Source: Octopus sinensis
Lineage: Eukaryota
Reading direction: 5' to 3'
DNA length: 55,255 nucleotides
Assembly (NCBI RefSeq): GCF_006345805.1
Contig: NW_021833752.1
Location: 1 to 55,255, forward strand
Of the stretch, positions 39,235-53,539 are shown piece after piece. Under the pieces are notes generated by a model. It was not told the DNA's origin. It searched no databases and saw only the letters and a list, made by a program, of their open reading frames with translations. Within the stretch, counting starts at the first letter, position 1. Each line of letters opens with the position of its first letter. The translations under genes were made by a program, and so were the position numbers.

Positions 39235-40569
39235 TGTGTTGAGTGTGTTTTGTATTTGTTTATTTGTACATCGAGATGATGATAAAGTTTTATGTTGTCC
39301 GAAGAATACAAAACAATTCCCAGCGTTGTGGCGAATGAATAATGTTTCATTTTTGATTAGGTGGGGAGGTGTCCATTTCTGTTCCCGTAAGGAAGAAGCT
39401 CTGACGTAATGGATGTGGTGGTAGTGATACTACTATTACTACTACTACTACTAGTAGTAGTAGTAGTAGTAACGATGACGGTGGTAGTGGTGGTAGTGAT
39501 GTTTGTAGAATTGTTGGCCATGGTGGCGATAGTGACAGTAGTGGTGGTTGTGGTGGTGTAATGGAAATGCGTTGTTGTAGTGGTGTTGGTGGTGGCGTTT
39601 GTGGTAGTGATGATGATGATGGTGATAATCATGCGCAGGGGTTATGGTTGCTGCAAATGACAGGCAGGTATAGGTTGTGATGCATATTGAGTGGGCGCGT
39701 TGGTTCTGGACAATGATGGTAGTGGTGATGATGATGATGGTGGTAGTGGTGACGATTGCTTAAAAGTTAGTTTATCGCGATATCGTTCTTGATGCTTTTG
39801 GCGATCATGTTGTTATTTTTGTTGTTGTTGTCGGTGGTGGTGGTCATGATGGTGATGATGAGGAGGAGGATGCCGACGGTCGTTGTGGTGGGGGATAATG
39901 ATGATGATTGCCACGGTGAGAATGATTGTGATGATGATTACTAAAACGCCAGTTTATTGCACATTCTTTCTGATGTTGGTGACTTTGATGATGATGATGA
40001 TGATGATGACGACGACGATGAGCCATGCTGGTGGGGACTAACACAGTGAAACCCCAAACACGCATGCACACACTCTCACACATCTATACCGCGGTGTCTT
40101 TTAGTTTCCGCCTTCGACCCAGATGATAAATTGTTCAGGGTGCCGCACAGAGGAACTGAACACGGAGCCATCGGGCTAAGACGAACTTCTTTGGCACGTG
40201 TGTGTGTGTGAGAGAGAGAAAGTGTGAGTGCATATGTGTGTGTGTGTGTGTAAGGACCGGTTTCTCGGTTTCATTGGCGTATATTGTCCCCATCTGGACG
40301 TCGAAGGTGAGCTGCTAGATGCAGGAGGAAAGAGTGAGAGAAAGTTGTGGTGAAAGAGTCAGCAGAAGTTCGCCATTACCCTCGGCCGGAGCCGCATGTA
40401 GCTTAGGTGTTTCACTCATAAACACGTACAACGCCCGGTCTGAGATTCGAACCCGCGTCCCTCGACCACGAGTCCGCTGCTCTAATCACTAGGTTAGAGC
40501 TGCAGACTCTAACACTAGGTCATGTGCCTCCACAAATATATTTTTATCTATCTATCTATCTATCTATCA

Positions 40570-40667
<98 letters not shown>

Positions 40668-40669
40668 AT

Positions 40670-41050
40670 TGCCTTTTACTTGTTTCAATCATTTGACTGC
40701 GGCCATGCACCAGCACCGCCTCGAAGATTTTTTAGTCGAACGAATCGACCCCAGTACTTGTTAGTTTTTGTAAGTGTTAGTACTTATTCTACAGGTCCCT
40801 TTTGGCCGAACCGCCAGGGACGTAAACACACTAACACCGGTTGTCAAGCAGTGGTGGGAACAAACACACAAAGACACAGACACACTCACACACATATATA
40901 CACAACAAGCTTCCTTCAGTTTCCGTCTGCCAAACCCACTCACAAGGCTCTGATCGGCTCGATGCTATAGTAGACGACACTTGCCCAAGGTGCCACGCGT
41001 GGGATTGAACTCGGAACCATGTGGTTGGGAAGCAAGCTTTTTACCACACG
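40670..41050 (-). mobile_element. SINE family B, diverged
   Basis: Homology to 1371-1830. Confidence 0.8.
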
Positions 41051-41280
41051 TATATATGTATGTATATTGATACGCTTTGATTCCAGGCGAAACTACCTTG
41101 TTACAATAGTGACCTCACTCATTGGTGGGCGGTTATCTCCCCTACCAGTACATAGACAGTGTGCCTTTTGTAGCTATAAAGGACTTTGACTCTTGTTTCT
41201 AGCAATGTAGGTGCTTCCCTGCACCCTCAGTTACTATTAGTGACAACTGAATCTTTCCTTTTTAGTTATATGTGTGTGTG

Positions 41281-41447
<167 letters not shown>

Positions 41448-41467
41448 CCTATCTACCTATCTATCTC

Positions 41468-41543
<76 letters not shown>

Positions 41544-41747
41544 TTATTGACGGATGTGATGTCAGTTCAGCTCCGAAGGTAATTGTTTATTTTGACTATT
41601 TATAGCCCAATTTTTGTGTAAAGTTTTGCAAATAAGGTGTGTAAGGCAACCAACTTTCGTTTGAGTGCTTTTTTAAGGGAGGAATTCGCCCCTAGGGGCA
41701 GTTTCGACCCCATTTCATTTCTGTAATTTTATTCTCGACATTAGAAA

Positions 41748-42845
41748 ATGTCTAGAAATTTTATTGTAGAGCGCTGGTCGCGTTCTTTTATGGAACAACA
41801 TTTTCCTAGTCTGGAAAAGATAGAGAAAAAAAAGAACGTTCGCACGGAAAATGCAAACGTAAAATTCGGTGAAATGAACGCTGCAACCACGTGCGTTAAC
41901 AGCCCTGTCACCACCGCCACCACCACCACTAACAACAGCAACCACGAGACAACAACTGCTACCACCACCACCTCCACCACCACCACCACCACCACCACCA
42001 CTACCACGACCAACATAAATGATAAAAATAAAACTGAAACGAAAACTATTGACAAAAACAACAGCAACAACAAGAACAACAATAAAAATGAACTATCTAA
42101 TAGTGAAGATGTTAATACAAAAAAATCAACAACATCAGTAAATTTCGCAGACATTCTTCGCCAGAAGAAAGAAATTGTAACATTCACAAATGAAGAGCTC
42201 ATAGAGACAAGAGCTCTCTTTACAACCCGTGGACAAGATTTAGTGCTGCATACACCTCAACATATAAAACAAGAAATAGAAAATAAGACAATTGTATATA
42301 AAATTATTAGAAAAAACAAAAAACCAAATGAACAGATTACAAAAACTGATGTAGAGAAATGTTTAAAAACATAATGAAAGAAAAAAGTATATAAACTGGG
42401 GTCTCCCAGTTTAACACAGTAATGGTCCGCTTCCCTAACCAGGAGGTGGCAAATCTCACTCTACTGAGTCTCTGGGAAATGATGAAATCATCATGGTCCC
42501 TTATTATAAAAACCAGAGGGTGAGTAGAATTACTATCAGAAATGTACCCCCCGATATGCCGAACAAATGGATAACAGGGGCAATTTGTTACCACTTGAAA
42601 AAGATCAATATTTTAGAAACAGCCGTGTACCTAAACGACAATTGGGGTGGAAAAACAGTAGTAGTGACCATCCAGATTGAGGGGGCCTCTATCGAGATCC
42701 TACCCGACAAGATATACTTGGAGAATGGGCAATGCCTATATGTTATGGCAGAAGGCAAAAAGCCTAGATGCTACAAATGTGGCAGCCCCGAACATTTGAT
42801 TGCCAAGTGCGATCTGGTACAGAAAAAACAAGAAAGAACAAATCA
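41748..42845 (+). pseudogene. LINE ORF1 (gag-like) with zinc knuckle, frameshifted
   Basis: ORFs 41748-42374 and from 42493. RITIRNVPPDMP-type motif and CYKCGSPEHLIAKC (CX2CX4HX4C) at 42769-42810. Confidence 0.75.
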
Positions 42846-45800
42846 GAAATTTGTGGATATAGTAGCTATCAGTGAAACCAGACTCAGTAAGCCGCGGGCC
42901 CTCGAGTCCATGTTTGGCAATCAATTTGACATTTATTTTTCTCCCTGTCTGCCGAACATGTGTGGTGGAGGTACTGCGGTGCTTTTTCGAAAGAGTCTAA
43001 AGGTAAAAGTAAGAGCAATATTCCTAGACCCGGAGGGTAGGCTGGTTGTCTTGGACGTGGATGGCAGAAATGGGTGTGCATTCCGTCTGATGGCAGTTTA
43101 TGCACCGTCCTTAACGGGTCGGGCGGATTTCTTCAGACGTCTAGAGGTTTTCCTGGGTACGTCTAGACCTTTACTGTTAGTAGGGGATTGGAACGCTACC
43201 TTGGCACGCATCTAGATTATGTGGGAAGGGATAGGAATAGAAGGGGGTGTAAGAGCCTCAAAGACCTGCTCAGACGTTTCCATTTGTCTGACAGGTTCCG
43301 ACTCGACCATCCGAACGTGCCAACGTGGACTTGGACAAACCGCGTCGGATCGTCGAGATCTTATCTAGATAGAATTCTATGCAGGACAGCGGATAGGGAT
43401 AGTGTAGGATGTCCACAATTTAAAATAGTCAGCTACACAGATCACAAATTTGTTACGTGTACGCTCGACTTAGATAAAACACATAGGCAGGGTCCCGTTT
43501 ACTGGAAACTGAAACACGTCCTGTTAGCGCGACAGGTTTACAGGAACCGGATTAGCGAGTTAATTAAGAGGGCGCTGACGGGAGCGGTCGTTAACAACCG
43601 CTGGTGGTACGCCCTGAAAATGGCAATAAAATCGGAATCAATTAGGTTTAGCAAGGAATTAGCGATAGAACGAAATAGAGTAGAGGAGACTTAGTTAAGA
43701 AACTAGAAGAGGCACTTACCACTGGCAGCGCAACCAACGTGCTGGCTGCGAGGATGGCCCTCGACCAACACCTCAACGCCAAGCACGAAGGTTGCGTCGT
43801 CAGAGCTAAAATGCGTGCCTTAAGGAACGAAGGGATAGAAGCTGCGCGAGAGGCCCGGGTAGCGGAGGCGCAGCGTGGCAACAGATCAACCATTCGGTCT
43901 CTAATAGATCAACAGGGATGCAGTTTACTCGAACCCGAAAGGATGTGTGAGGCCTTTCAACAGCACTTTGCTCGACTGTTTGGTGCGAGTGGTGGGTCGG
44001 AACGAGGGATGGATTTCAGTGCCTACCTGACCGACCTGCCGCGGCTCTCGGCAAGAGAAGCGGAGTGTTGTGAAAGTCCCATCACAGCCGCTGACGTGTG
44101 GGATGCGATGGCGGGCTGCGCAAGGGATAAGTCGCCTGGATTGGATGGTTTACCCACGAGCTGTATTGTCGAATGCCAGACTTGTTGGCGACCTCTTGGC
44201 ATCAGTCTACTGCAACTGGCAACAAAACGGGAGAATCCCCGGTTTCGTGAGCCGAGGTGCAGTGACGTTGCTGAAGAAAGACTCAAACAAGGGGAATTTT
44301 ATAGATAATTTCAGGCCCATCACTCTGCTCAACGCAGATTTGAAAATTTTGGCCAAAGTAATAGCCGAGAGGTTGGCGCTTGTCATTGGTAAACTGGTCA
44401 ACAGGGCGCAAACATGCGCCGTGCCGGGCAGAACCATACATGACAACCTCCATCTGATGCGCTACATTGTGGACAGGGTAGTTAAGGATCCTGGCATGGG
44501 TGGGGCGCTGATAAATTTGGATCAGTCTAAAGCCTTCGATAGGGTCGACCATCGGTATTTGGCGGCCGTCCTCAGGGCGGCTGGCTTCGGTCCCGTCTTC
44601 CGCGGTTGGATCGCTGCCTTGTATAGCGGCATCCGATCGGGGATTCGGGTGAACGGTCACCTGTCGAAACCGTTTGACATCACGCGTTCGGTCCGTCAGG
44701 GGTGTCCCCTGTCGGCGCTTCTGTATGTATTGACTCTCGAGCCGCTACTGCGGAAGATGGCGACACTGAGGGGCATCCCACGGGAACTGGGTTGCAGGAC
44801 GAGCGTGTCGGCATATGCGGACGATGTCACCGTCATAGTGTCGAGCGACAAACACATCAAGATGATAGGCGAGACACTAAGAAAATACGAAACGGTGACG
44901 GGAGCAAATTAACCCGGAAAAGTCAGTGGGTTGCTACTCGGCACCTGGAGAAGCAAGCCCATGCCGTCCGACTGCGGCTCAGTAGTGGGACGCTGGACGG
45001 ACGGACCGGTTAAATTGCTCGGGGTCTGGTTCAGTCCGGACCTCCAAATGGATAAGAACTGGGACGAGATCACGAGTAGAGTGGTCGCTCTCAGCCAAAC
45101 ATGGGCCGAGAAAGCTGTCTCTAAAAGGCCGGGCGAAGGTGGCGAACGCGTACATCGCATCCGTCATCGATTACCGCCTGACCGTCGTACCTTGTCCCGA
45201 CGCCACCATCACCAAACTGGAACGCATACTATTCCGCTTCCTGTGGAAGGGTGGCGTTCCGATGGTGAGGAAGTCCATTTGCTGTCAACATCCGTTGAAT
45301 GGAGGACTGGGCATGCCGTGGTTGATGATGCGCAGGCATGCGCTGAGACTGCGACATCTCTGGAAATCATCGACGACGGTGAACAGGTGTGGGCGCCGTT
45401 TGTGAGGCGCGACTTCCCGCAGCTCGTCTCACTGACCGAACTGCAAACGTGGATCAAAAAGAGACCGAAACTGGGCGATTGGCACCGAGAGTGTCGCCAA
45501 GCTCTACAGCAGCTCTGCCGACCGGGGTCAAACTTGTGCAACTTCCAAACGACTAAAGCGTTCTATAGAGGACTAGTGGAGGGGAGGTCCGACGACACAC
45601 TCGGGGCAAACCTGGGGTGTCGACGGAATTCCTAACCCGCCTGTTCAGAACGACGTTCGGGCCGGGGCCTATGGATAACTTCCAGAAATCCCTGGCTTGG
45701 CAGTGCTATCGAGACGCACTACCTGTTCGAGAGAAGAGCTACAGACACGGTTCGAAAACCATCACCGGACCGACCTGCCCGAGATGCGGTCAGAGCGACG

Positions 45801-46170
45801 AAACCGTTCTGCACGCACTCGTGCAGTGTCCAGATATTTCAGAGCTGTGGTCCTTCGTCGAACAGCTGTTGTCACGTGTAGGTCAGGCTCGCCTATCGCG
45901 CGAGTCTATTGTGAATATTGTTCCACCACCTTCCTTTAAACGGGAAGGGAAAACGGTTTTCGTTACGCTGATGGCTATGGCGAAAGAATGGTGTGTGGTG
46001 GACGCGTTTGAAAGGACTGCAAACAAACCCCTTCCTCTCTGGTCAGTCACTCGTCAACTTTTTCAAGTACCACTTGAAAAGGAGGATGAGAATAGAGAGG
46101 AAGGCTTTGTCGAACGAATGTTTTAATAAAAAGTGGGTAAAAGTGGCAAAATGGTGTCAGTATGAAAGAC
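42846..46170 (+). pseudogene. LINE ORF2 (APE endonuclease + reverse transcriptase + C-terminal CCHC), split by frameshifts
   Basis: Consecutive ORF-track pieces (42493-43215, 43188-43694, 43739-44308, 44070-44912, 44931-45635, 45139-45405, 45617-46126, 45993-46220) give collinear L1/Tx1 ORF2 motifs. Confidence 0.9.
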
Positions 46171-46602
46171 GACACTATTTTAAGCATAAATCTGTAACCA
46201 AAAGAGGCAACGAGAAGTAAGGCGACTTACTCATGTGTTCTTTTTCGAATTGTCTGAGGTGACCTTGGTCTTTTTTGTAGGTTTTTCTTTCCAAGACTAC
46301 ACCTAAACTGTGAATCTTATATATATATATATATATATTGCTTTTTTATACACCACACAACCCACAGATCCCTATTGATCAAACGTTTCTTTTTTGCCCC
46401 ACCCATCCCACCTCGAAAAGAAAAAATTCTACATTGTATTTCGTCCATTTTTATTCTGTGTTTAGCCCTGTGTGGCTACAATAAAAAGTTATCTATCTAT
46501 CTGTCTGTCTGTCTGTCTGTCTTCTGCCTGCCTGCCTGTCTGTCTGTCTCTGTCAGTCTATCTATCCGTCTGTCTGTCTGTCTAACTGTATGTCTGTCTG
46601 TA

Positions 46603-46679
<77 letters not shown>

Positions 46680-47194
46680 CTCTCTCTTCTCTCTATATAT
46701 ATATCTATATATATATTTATCTATCTATCTATCTATTGATAAATTCATGCTTTTTTCCTTTTAATAGGTTAATAGGTTCTTGGTTGAGTAAAAGAGTGGA
46801 GCGAGGCGGGTTACTCGAAACTCAATAACTTATTTCCTCAGGAGCATGATACTCTATAATTATTATTTAAAACTAAACTGCTTTCGTTTCCACCATTGCA
46901 CCATTACCAACACTACCATCACCCTCAACCACGCAATGATACCAGCAGCAACAGCCGCATCAGAAGCATCACAATCGTTAACAGCCCCTCTCCGACAACT
47001 GCCGAATCTTCTGCTACTGTTTCTACTGCACCGCCACCAAACCCACTTCCATCTCCACCATCGCAATCATCACCACCACCGTTATAATCATCGACACCAC
47101 CATGTTGTAAAGTAAATCAATTGCTGCTATTCGCAGCTGTTAACTGTTCATGAAATTCCCAAATTTCCTAAAATGAGTTGAGAGAGCTGGAAAG

Positions 47195-47229
<35 letters not shown>

Positions 47230-47266
47230 CAGACAGATAGATAGATAGACGGAAGGCCAGACAGAC

Positions 47267-47297
<31 letters not shown>

Positions 47298-47441
47298 TAG
47301 ATAGATAGATAGACAGACAGAGAGGCAAACAGAAAGATAGATAGACAGATAGATAGATGGAGAGATGGTAAGAGAGAAAGAGAGAGAGAGAGTGAAGGAA
47401 GGAGAAACATATATTCATATATATATATATATATTATATAT

Positions 47442-47484
<43 letters not shown>

Positions 47485-47485
47485 A

Positions 47486-47526
<41 letters not shown>

Positions 47527-47768
47527 ATATTGTATGTATATGAAGAGAGAGAGAGAAGAGAGAGGGGAGAGAGAGAGAGAGGGAGAAGGAGAGAGGGATT
47601 AAAAGAAAATTAGTAGTGAGAAACAAATAGACAATAACAAATGAAAAGAAAACAACATAGAAATCGAAAAGAGAATCGTCTGTTATAAATAAAAGAAAAA
47701 TGAGGACTGAAAGCAGCAGCAGTGGTAGTGGTAGTAGGGGTGGTAGTCGTAGTGGTAGTTGTTATTGT

Positions 47769-47817
<49 letters not shown>

Positions 47818-48006
47818 GCTGTTGTCATAACAATGTTTTCTGTTTTGTTTGAAAGTTTCAAATTTGTGCTTTTCTTTGAATTAACGGTAGGATAATGCGA
47901 GTCTGGTCGGTCGTCGGAATTAATTAACCGTCGACGTTTCTGACGTTTGTCATTTGTCGATGTCGTTAGTACTGCGATGATGAATGGTGATGATGACATG
48001 GACGAC

Positions 48007-48056
<50 letters not shown>

Positions 48057-49371
48057 GGATGATGATGATGCTCGTAATAACGACAATAACGGGAATCATC
48101 ATCACCATCACCACCACCACCACCACCACCACCACCAACACCACCACCACCACCACCACCACTAACACCGTCGCCGCCGCCATCATCACCAGCTCCAACA
48201 CCAACACCGTCGCCACCGCCATCATCACCAGCTCCAACACCGCCAGTACCAATACCACGACGACAACGACGACGAGGATGACCACCACCACCACCACCAC
48301 CACCACTGTCTACTAACGACTTAAATTTGTTTAATTGCATCTGTAGTAATACACGTAGTAGTATACTAGAGAGTTTTACACACACACACCACTGTATGTA
48401 TGTATGTATGTACGTATGTATGTATGTATATATGTATGTATGTATGTATGTGTGTGTGTATGTATGTATGTATGTAGTATGTATGTATGTATGTATATAT
48501 ATATGTATATATGTAAGTATGTAGTATGTATGCATGTATGTATGTATGCATGTATGTATGTATGTATGTATGTATGTATGTATGTATGTATGTATGTATG
48601 CATGTGTGTTTGCACAAGACTTATATACGGGTACCCGCACATACAAGTGTCTCCCTCCGAGTAGTATTTATGTTTACACTACTTAAAAAGCAAACAATAA
48701 AAGCTATTGTTGCTTATATTACGTTTCACCATGTCCTGTAACCAAGCGGCTCGATAAAAGGCCTCCGATGTAATTACTAAAATGAAATATGTAGTGGATG
48801 ATGAGGAGGAAGCGGTTATGATATAGTCAGCCATAAACACTTGTAAACGGTGCTCCATCAAGGCCGCAGTCCAATGAGGTAAATCCATTATGAAAATACA
48901 AAGAACCCGCATGGTCTACGGACAAGTCCAATTTCTGAACTAATAAATAAAGAGGTGTGGAGGCACGTGGCTTAGTGGTGTGGGTGTCAGCGACGCGTTG
49001 TGTTCTTGAGCAAAACACTTCATTTCACGTTGCTCCAGTCCACTCAGTTGCTCCAGTCCACTCAGCTGGCAAAAATGAGTAACACTGCGATGGACTGGCG
49101 TCCCGTCCAGCTGGGGAACACATACGCCATAGAAACCGGGAAACCGGGCCCATGAGCCTGGCTAGGCTTTAAAAGGGCGCATTTATTTTTTTATCAAATA
49201 AAGAGGAGACAAATATTCACCCGTATATGTCGCTAATCTACTTTAGGTAACTCTCTCGGAAATAGGTAACTCTCTTTGGAAATACCAAAAATATAAAAAA
49301 TGAAAAAATGACAATCCGCTTAGACACTCGACAGCTTCACAGTGCTACCGCTATTGCAATGATATATTCTT

Positions 49372-49548
49372 ATATTCTTTTATTCTTTTATTTGTTTCAA
49401 TCATTTGACTGCGGCCATGCTGGAGCATCGCCTTTAGTCGAACAAATCGACCCCAGGAGTTATTCTTTGTAAGCCTAGTACTTATTCTATCGCTCTCTTT
49501 TGCCGAATCGCTGAGTTATGGGGACGTAAACAGACCAGCACCGGTTGT

Positions 49549-49587
<39 letters not shown>

Positions 49588-49700
49588 CGGGCTTCTTTCC
49601 GTTTCCAACTACCAAATGCACTCACAAGGTTTTGGTCGACCCGAGGCTATAGTAGAAGACACTTGTCCAAGGTGCCACGTAGTGGGACTAGACCCAGAGC
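49372..49700 (-). mobile_element. SINE family B, head-truncated
   Basis: Homology to 1371-1830. Confidence 0.8.
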
Positions 49701-49867
49701 CAGATTTTCTAAGTTTATTCGGCTGACGTTGGCAGAGTAATGGGGAACCTTCCTCTCTTCTCAGTGCAGCGTTTGATGGTTTGTCAGTTTGAAGATTAGC
49801 TCTCTGTATAATTGACTGATCGTAACCGTTGCCCGGTTTACCCTACACACGCATAATCTTTTGTTTT

Positions 49868-50026
49868 TACTCAAATAGCAGAGGTAGAGTAATATGCTTT
49901 AATTTAAAAGCAGCAGATATATTACAAAAGCTGTTACTCAGAGTTTCATGTTCCCGCTCGTCGGACAGTTTTGTTAAAATAGAACAGAAATAACAATTTG
50001 TTATTTTCTGCTGCTTTTAAATAAAG
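49868..50026 (-). mobile_element. Second copy of the 2372 fold-back family, with a hammerhead-like motif at 49931-49968
   Basis: Minus strand reads CTGT-CCGACGA-GCGGGAACAT-GAAA-CTCTGAG-TA-ACAG. It shares the tail and arm ends with 2372-2600. The second arm is partly deleted. Confidence 0.7.
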
Positions 50027-50042
50027 TATGTATTGTTATATC

Positions 50043-50080
<38 letters not shown>

Positions 50081-50131
50081 ATGTGTGTGTGTGTGTGTGT
50101 GTTGTGTGTGTGTGTATGTGTGTGTGTATAA

Positions 50132-50465
50132 TTATATAGGAGAAGAAAATGGATGTAAGAACAAGGGGGACTTGTGGTTATTGCTGGTATGCCTTTAATT
50201 TACTTAGATAAAAAAGAAGAAGAAAGCAAAGATGAATTCCTTGTTATCTAATTAAATCAAAGGCATACCAGCGATAACCACGAGTCTTCCATTGTTATTA
50301 CATCCATTTTCTTCTCCTATATAACCTAAACCACGGGTTGCCAACCGAACCAAATGCTACTGTACAACCTTACAAAAGACTGTACCTACCAAGGTAATAA
50401 CTAGGAGCGACTTTGGATTTAATTATCTCTTGGAGGTGTTAAAGCCCTCCAACTGATACCTACAC

Positions 50466-50523
<58 letters not shown>

Positions 50524-50566
50524 TAGGTATCAGTTGGAGGTGTTAAAGTCCTCCAACTGATACCTA

Positions 50567-50571
<5 letters not shown>
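50132..50571. repeat. Fold-back (50132-50324) plus tail (to 50466), and a 52-bp palindrome made of the tail end (50520-50571)
   Basis: TTATATAGGAGAAGAAAATGGATGTAA pairs with TTACATCCATTTTCTTCTCCTATATAA. The short palindrome is AGTGTAGGTATCAGTTGGAGG-tgttaaagt-CCTCCAACTGATACCTACACT. Confidence 0.85.
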
Positions 50572-50650
<79 letters not shown>

Positions 50651-50876
50651 ATCTGGCTCTGGGCAAGTGTCTTCTACTATAGCCTCGGGCCGACTAAAAT
50701 ATGGTTTCAGAGTCAAGTTTTCTAGCGTAATGGTATCTCTTAGATGCCCTTAATTATAATTTTAATGACTAATTATTACCTTTGAGGTTTTTATTCCCAT
50801 GCTAGCCACCTGATATGATCGATATTTTAAATAACGATCTTATCCTTATTTATATAAAACTATATATATATATAGT

Positions 50877-50912
<36 letters not shown>

Positions 50913-50913
50913 T

Positions 50914-50960
<47 letters not shown>

Positions 50961-51679
50961 AGAGAAAGAGAGAAAGAGAAGTAGTGGAAAGAAAGTAACA
51001 GCGAAGGATTTTGGGATATTTGCAGATATGGTTTCATGGAGTTAAAATTTCTCTAAGTATGTTAAATCTACAACGCGTAGGTTGTATAAAAAAATACACC
51101 TAAGATATTTAAGTTGTTAGAATCAATTTTCAGCAAATATTTCTATTTGTGTGTTTGGTGTTTGTATGTGCGTCGTTCTTTTAATTCAGAGTGGTTTTAC
51201 TCTGATACAGAAAAGAAAAGAAAAGAAAAATAATGATAAAATAAATAAAAAAAAACCCAAAAAAAACAAAAACAAAATGAATGAATAGAAACTCAGTATA
51301 AAAGTGACTAAAAAGTGCTGAGACTAAATTAATATCATAACGAAGCTAAATTTGGGTGTTTGAAACTAAACAAAAATACAAAACAATTTATCGAAGGTCC
51401 GCCATTTTAGGTGAAAGATTTCACGATCTTATTTGCCATAACAGCGACAAGTGAAATAAAGAAACTAAAGAAAACTAAAAAACAAAGCAAAACAGAACAA
51501 AAAAGGAAAAAAAACAGAAATACATGCGCAAATGCGTATTTATAGGAAAACAATTCCTACGGATTTACTATGTGTGTATGCATGTATATTTGTATGTATG
51601 CATGTATTCATGTATGTATTCATATACATATGCATATATATGTGTATATATATGCGATATATATCTATATATCTATAAA

Positions 51680-51725
<46 letters not shown>

Positions 51726-51820
51726 GTACATATATATGTATATATACATATGTACATATGTATATAACATATACATATATGTACATATATATATATATAT
51801 AAATATAAATACATACATAC

Positions 51821-51872
<52 letters not shown>

Positions 51873-52025
51873 TCATAAATTTATATATGGTGGTGTGTTT
51901 GTGTGTGCGTGCGTGCTTGTGTGCATGTATTTACATCAGAGGTCTTCTGCAGAAGTAGTAATTGTATCGTTGAGGTGTCAACAAAGTGAAGGTGTTTGAT
52001 TCCCATTAGGTTAAATTAATAAAAT

Positions 52026-52093
<68 letters not shown>

Positions 52094-52299
52094 GAAATCG
52101 CTTCATTATTTTTCTGACACTTAAAATAAGGAACTTCAAAGAATTTGTCCTAGTTATTTTCCCTGCCTATTTTCGGTGGAGAAAAGTTTCGGCCTCATAC
52201 TGAAGCCTCCCTCAGTCAAGGCTGTTCGTAGATTTATTTGTATATGCAAACGTAGAGTATTCGCCAGAGGATTGTAAGTTCGTATTTTCAAATCTCGGT

Positions 52300-52557
52300 A
52301 GTGTGTTGTCTCCTTGAGCACGATACTTTACTTTCCCGCTGCTCCAGTTCACTCAGCTGGCAAAAATAAGTTGTACCTGTATTTCAAATGGCCTGTCTTT
52401 GTCACATTCTGTGTCATACTGAACCTCCCTGAGAACTACATTAAGGGTACGTATGTCTGTGGAGTGCTCAACTACTTGTATGATAATTTCACGAGCAGAC
52501 TGTTCAGGTGATCGGATCAACTGGAGCGCTTGTCGTCTTCGTAACCGACGGAGTGCC
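52300..52557 (+). mobile_element. SINE family D body and tail
   Basis: CAGCTGGCAAAAATAAGTTGTACCTGTA..GTCTGTGGAGTGCTCA..GATCGGATCAACTGGA..CGTAACCGACG. Confidence 0.72.
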
Positions 52558-53293
52558 AGCGCTGTACTGGTATTTATTTTATCAATCCAGGAAGGATGAA
52601 AGGCAAAATCAACCTCAACGAAATCTGAACTCAGAACGTAAAGACGGACGAAATGCCGCTAAGCATTTTGCCTGGCGTGCTAACAATTTTGCTAGCTCGG
52701 AAGAAAACGAAATTTTGTATACAACGTCCTAATATCTTCGCCATTTCGTCGCTTTCAGGTGAACGAATAAACGCCAGTATATATTCAGTACGTTTTATTC
52801 TTCTATAAATCCCAAAACACAGACATATTTTGGGTTTATGTGTATATGAGAGAGACAGAGACAGAGACAGAGAGAGGAGAGAGATAGAGATAAGGTGCGT
52901 GTCTGCGTATCTGTTTGCTAGTCAGTGTCAAAAGAAGTTATATTTAGCATCAAGAATCGAAATGAACCAATGTTAAATACCACCACAACATAGTTTTAGA
53001 TAATACTATAAATGGAGGATAAAAATCATCAACTCATTTTCCCGATTTTATATCGCTAAATTCACATTACATTGACTCCGTCGCCATTTTAAACATTGTG
53101 ACGGTGAACAGCGAGTTTTCTCTCAAATTTATCAGTCGTCTGACAGGAGGAAACATTTGATTGCTATAGTTATGTATATATATGCGTGTGTATTTACACA
53201 CACATGCACAGGCAAACACTGGCACACGTATATTATCTCAAACATGAATAACACATGAATATATACTTGTATACACAGACACGCACACACACA

Positions 53294-53380
<87 letters not shown>

Positions 53381-53387
53381 TATATAT

Positions 53388-53421
<34 letters not shown>

Positions 53422-53500
53422 TAATATAGATACATATATACATATATGTTATATATATATATTATATATATGTATATGTATATATATGTGTGCGTGTGAG

Positions 53501-53539
<39 letters not shown>

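Larger units (their letters stand above)
41546..46490 (+). mobile_element. Near full-length L1-clade (Tx1-like) non-LTR retrotransposon, frameshifted
   Basis: ORF1 carries a CCHC knuckle. APE endonuclease motifs: SETR, GDWN, SYLDRIL, TDHK. RT motifs: KSPGLDGLP, FRPITLLNADLKILAK, LDQSKAFDRVDH, VRQGCPLS, YADD (44814-44825). C-terminal CPRC..ETVLHALVQC, then a 3'UTR with AATAAA at 46480. (TCTA)n lies on both sides. The 5' boundary is approximate. Confidence 0.93.

Noticed and set aside
47830-47990. Possible upstream GPCR exon in ORF 47610-48086
   Set aside because: It has no TM1/TM2 motifs (GN, LAxxD) and is embedded in trinucleotide repeats.
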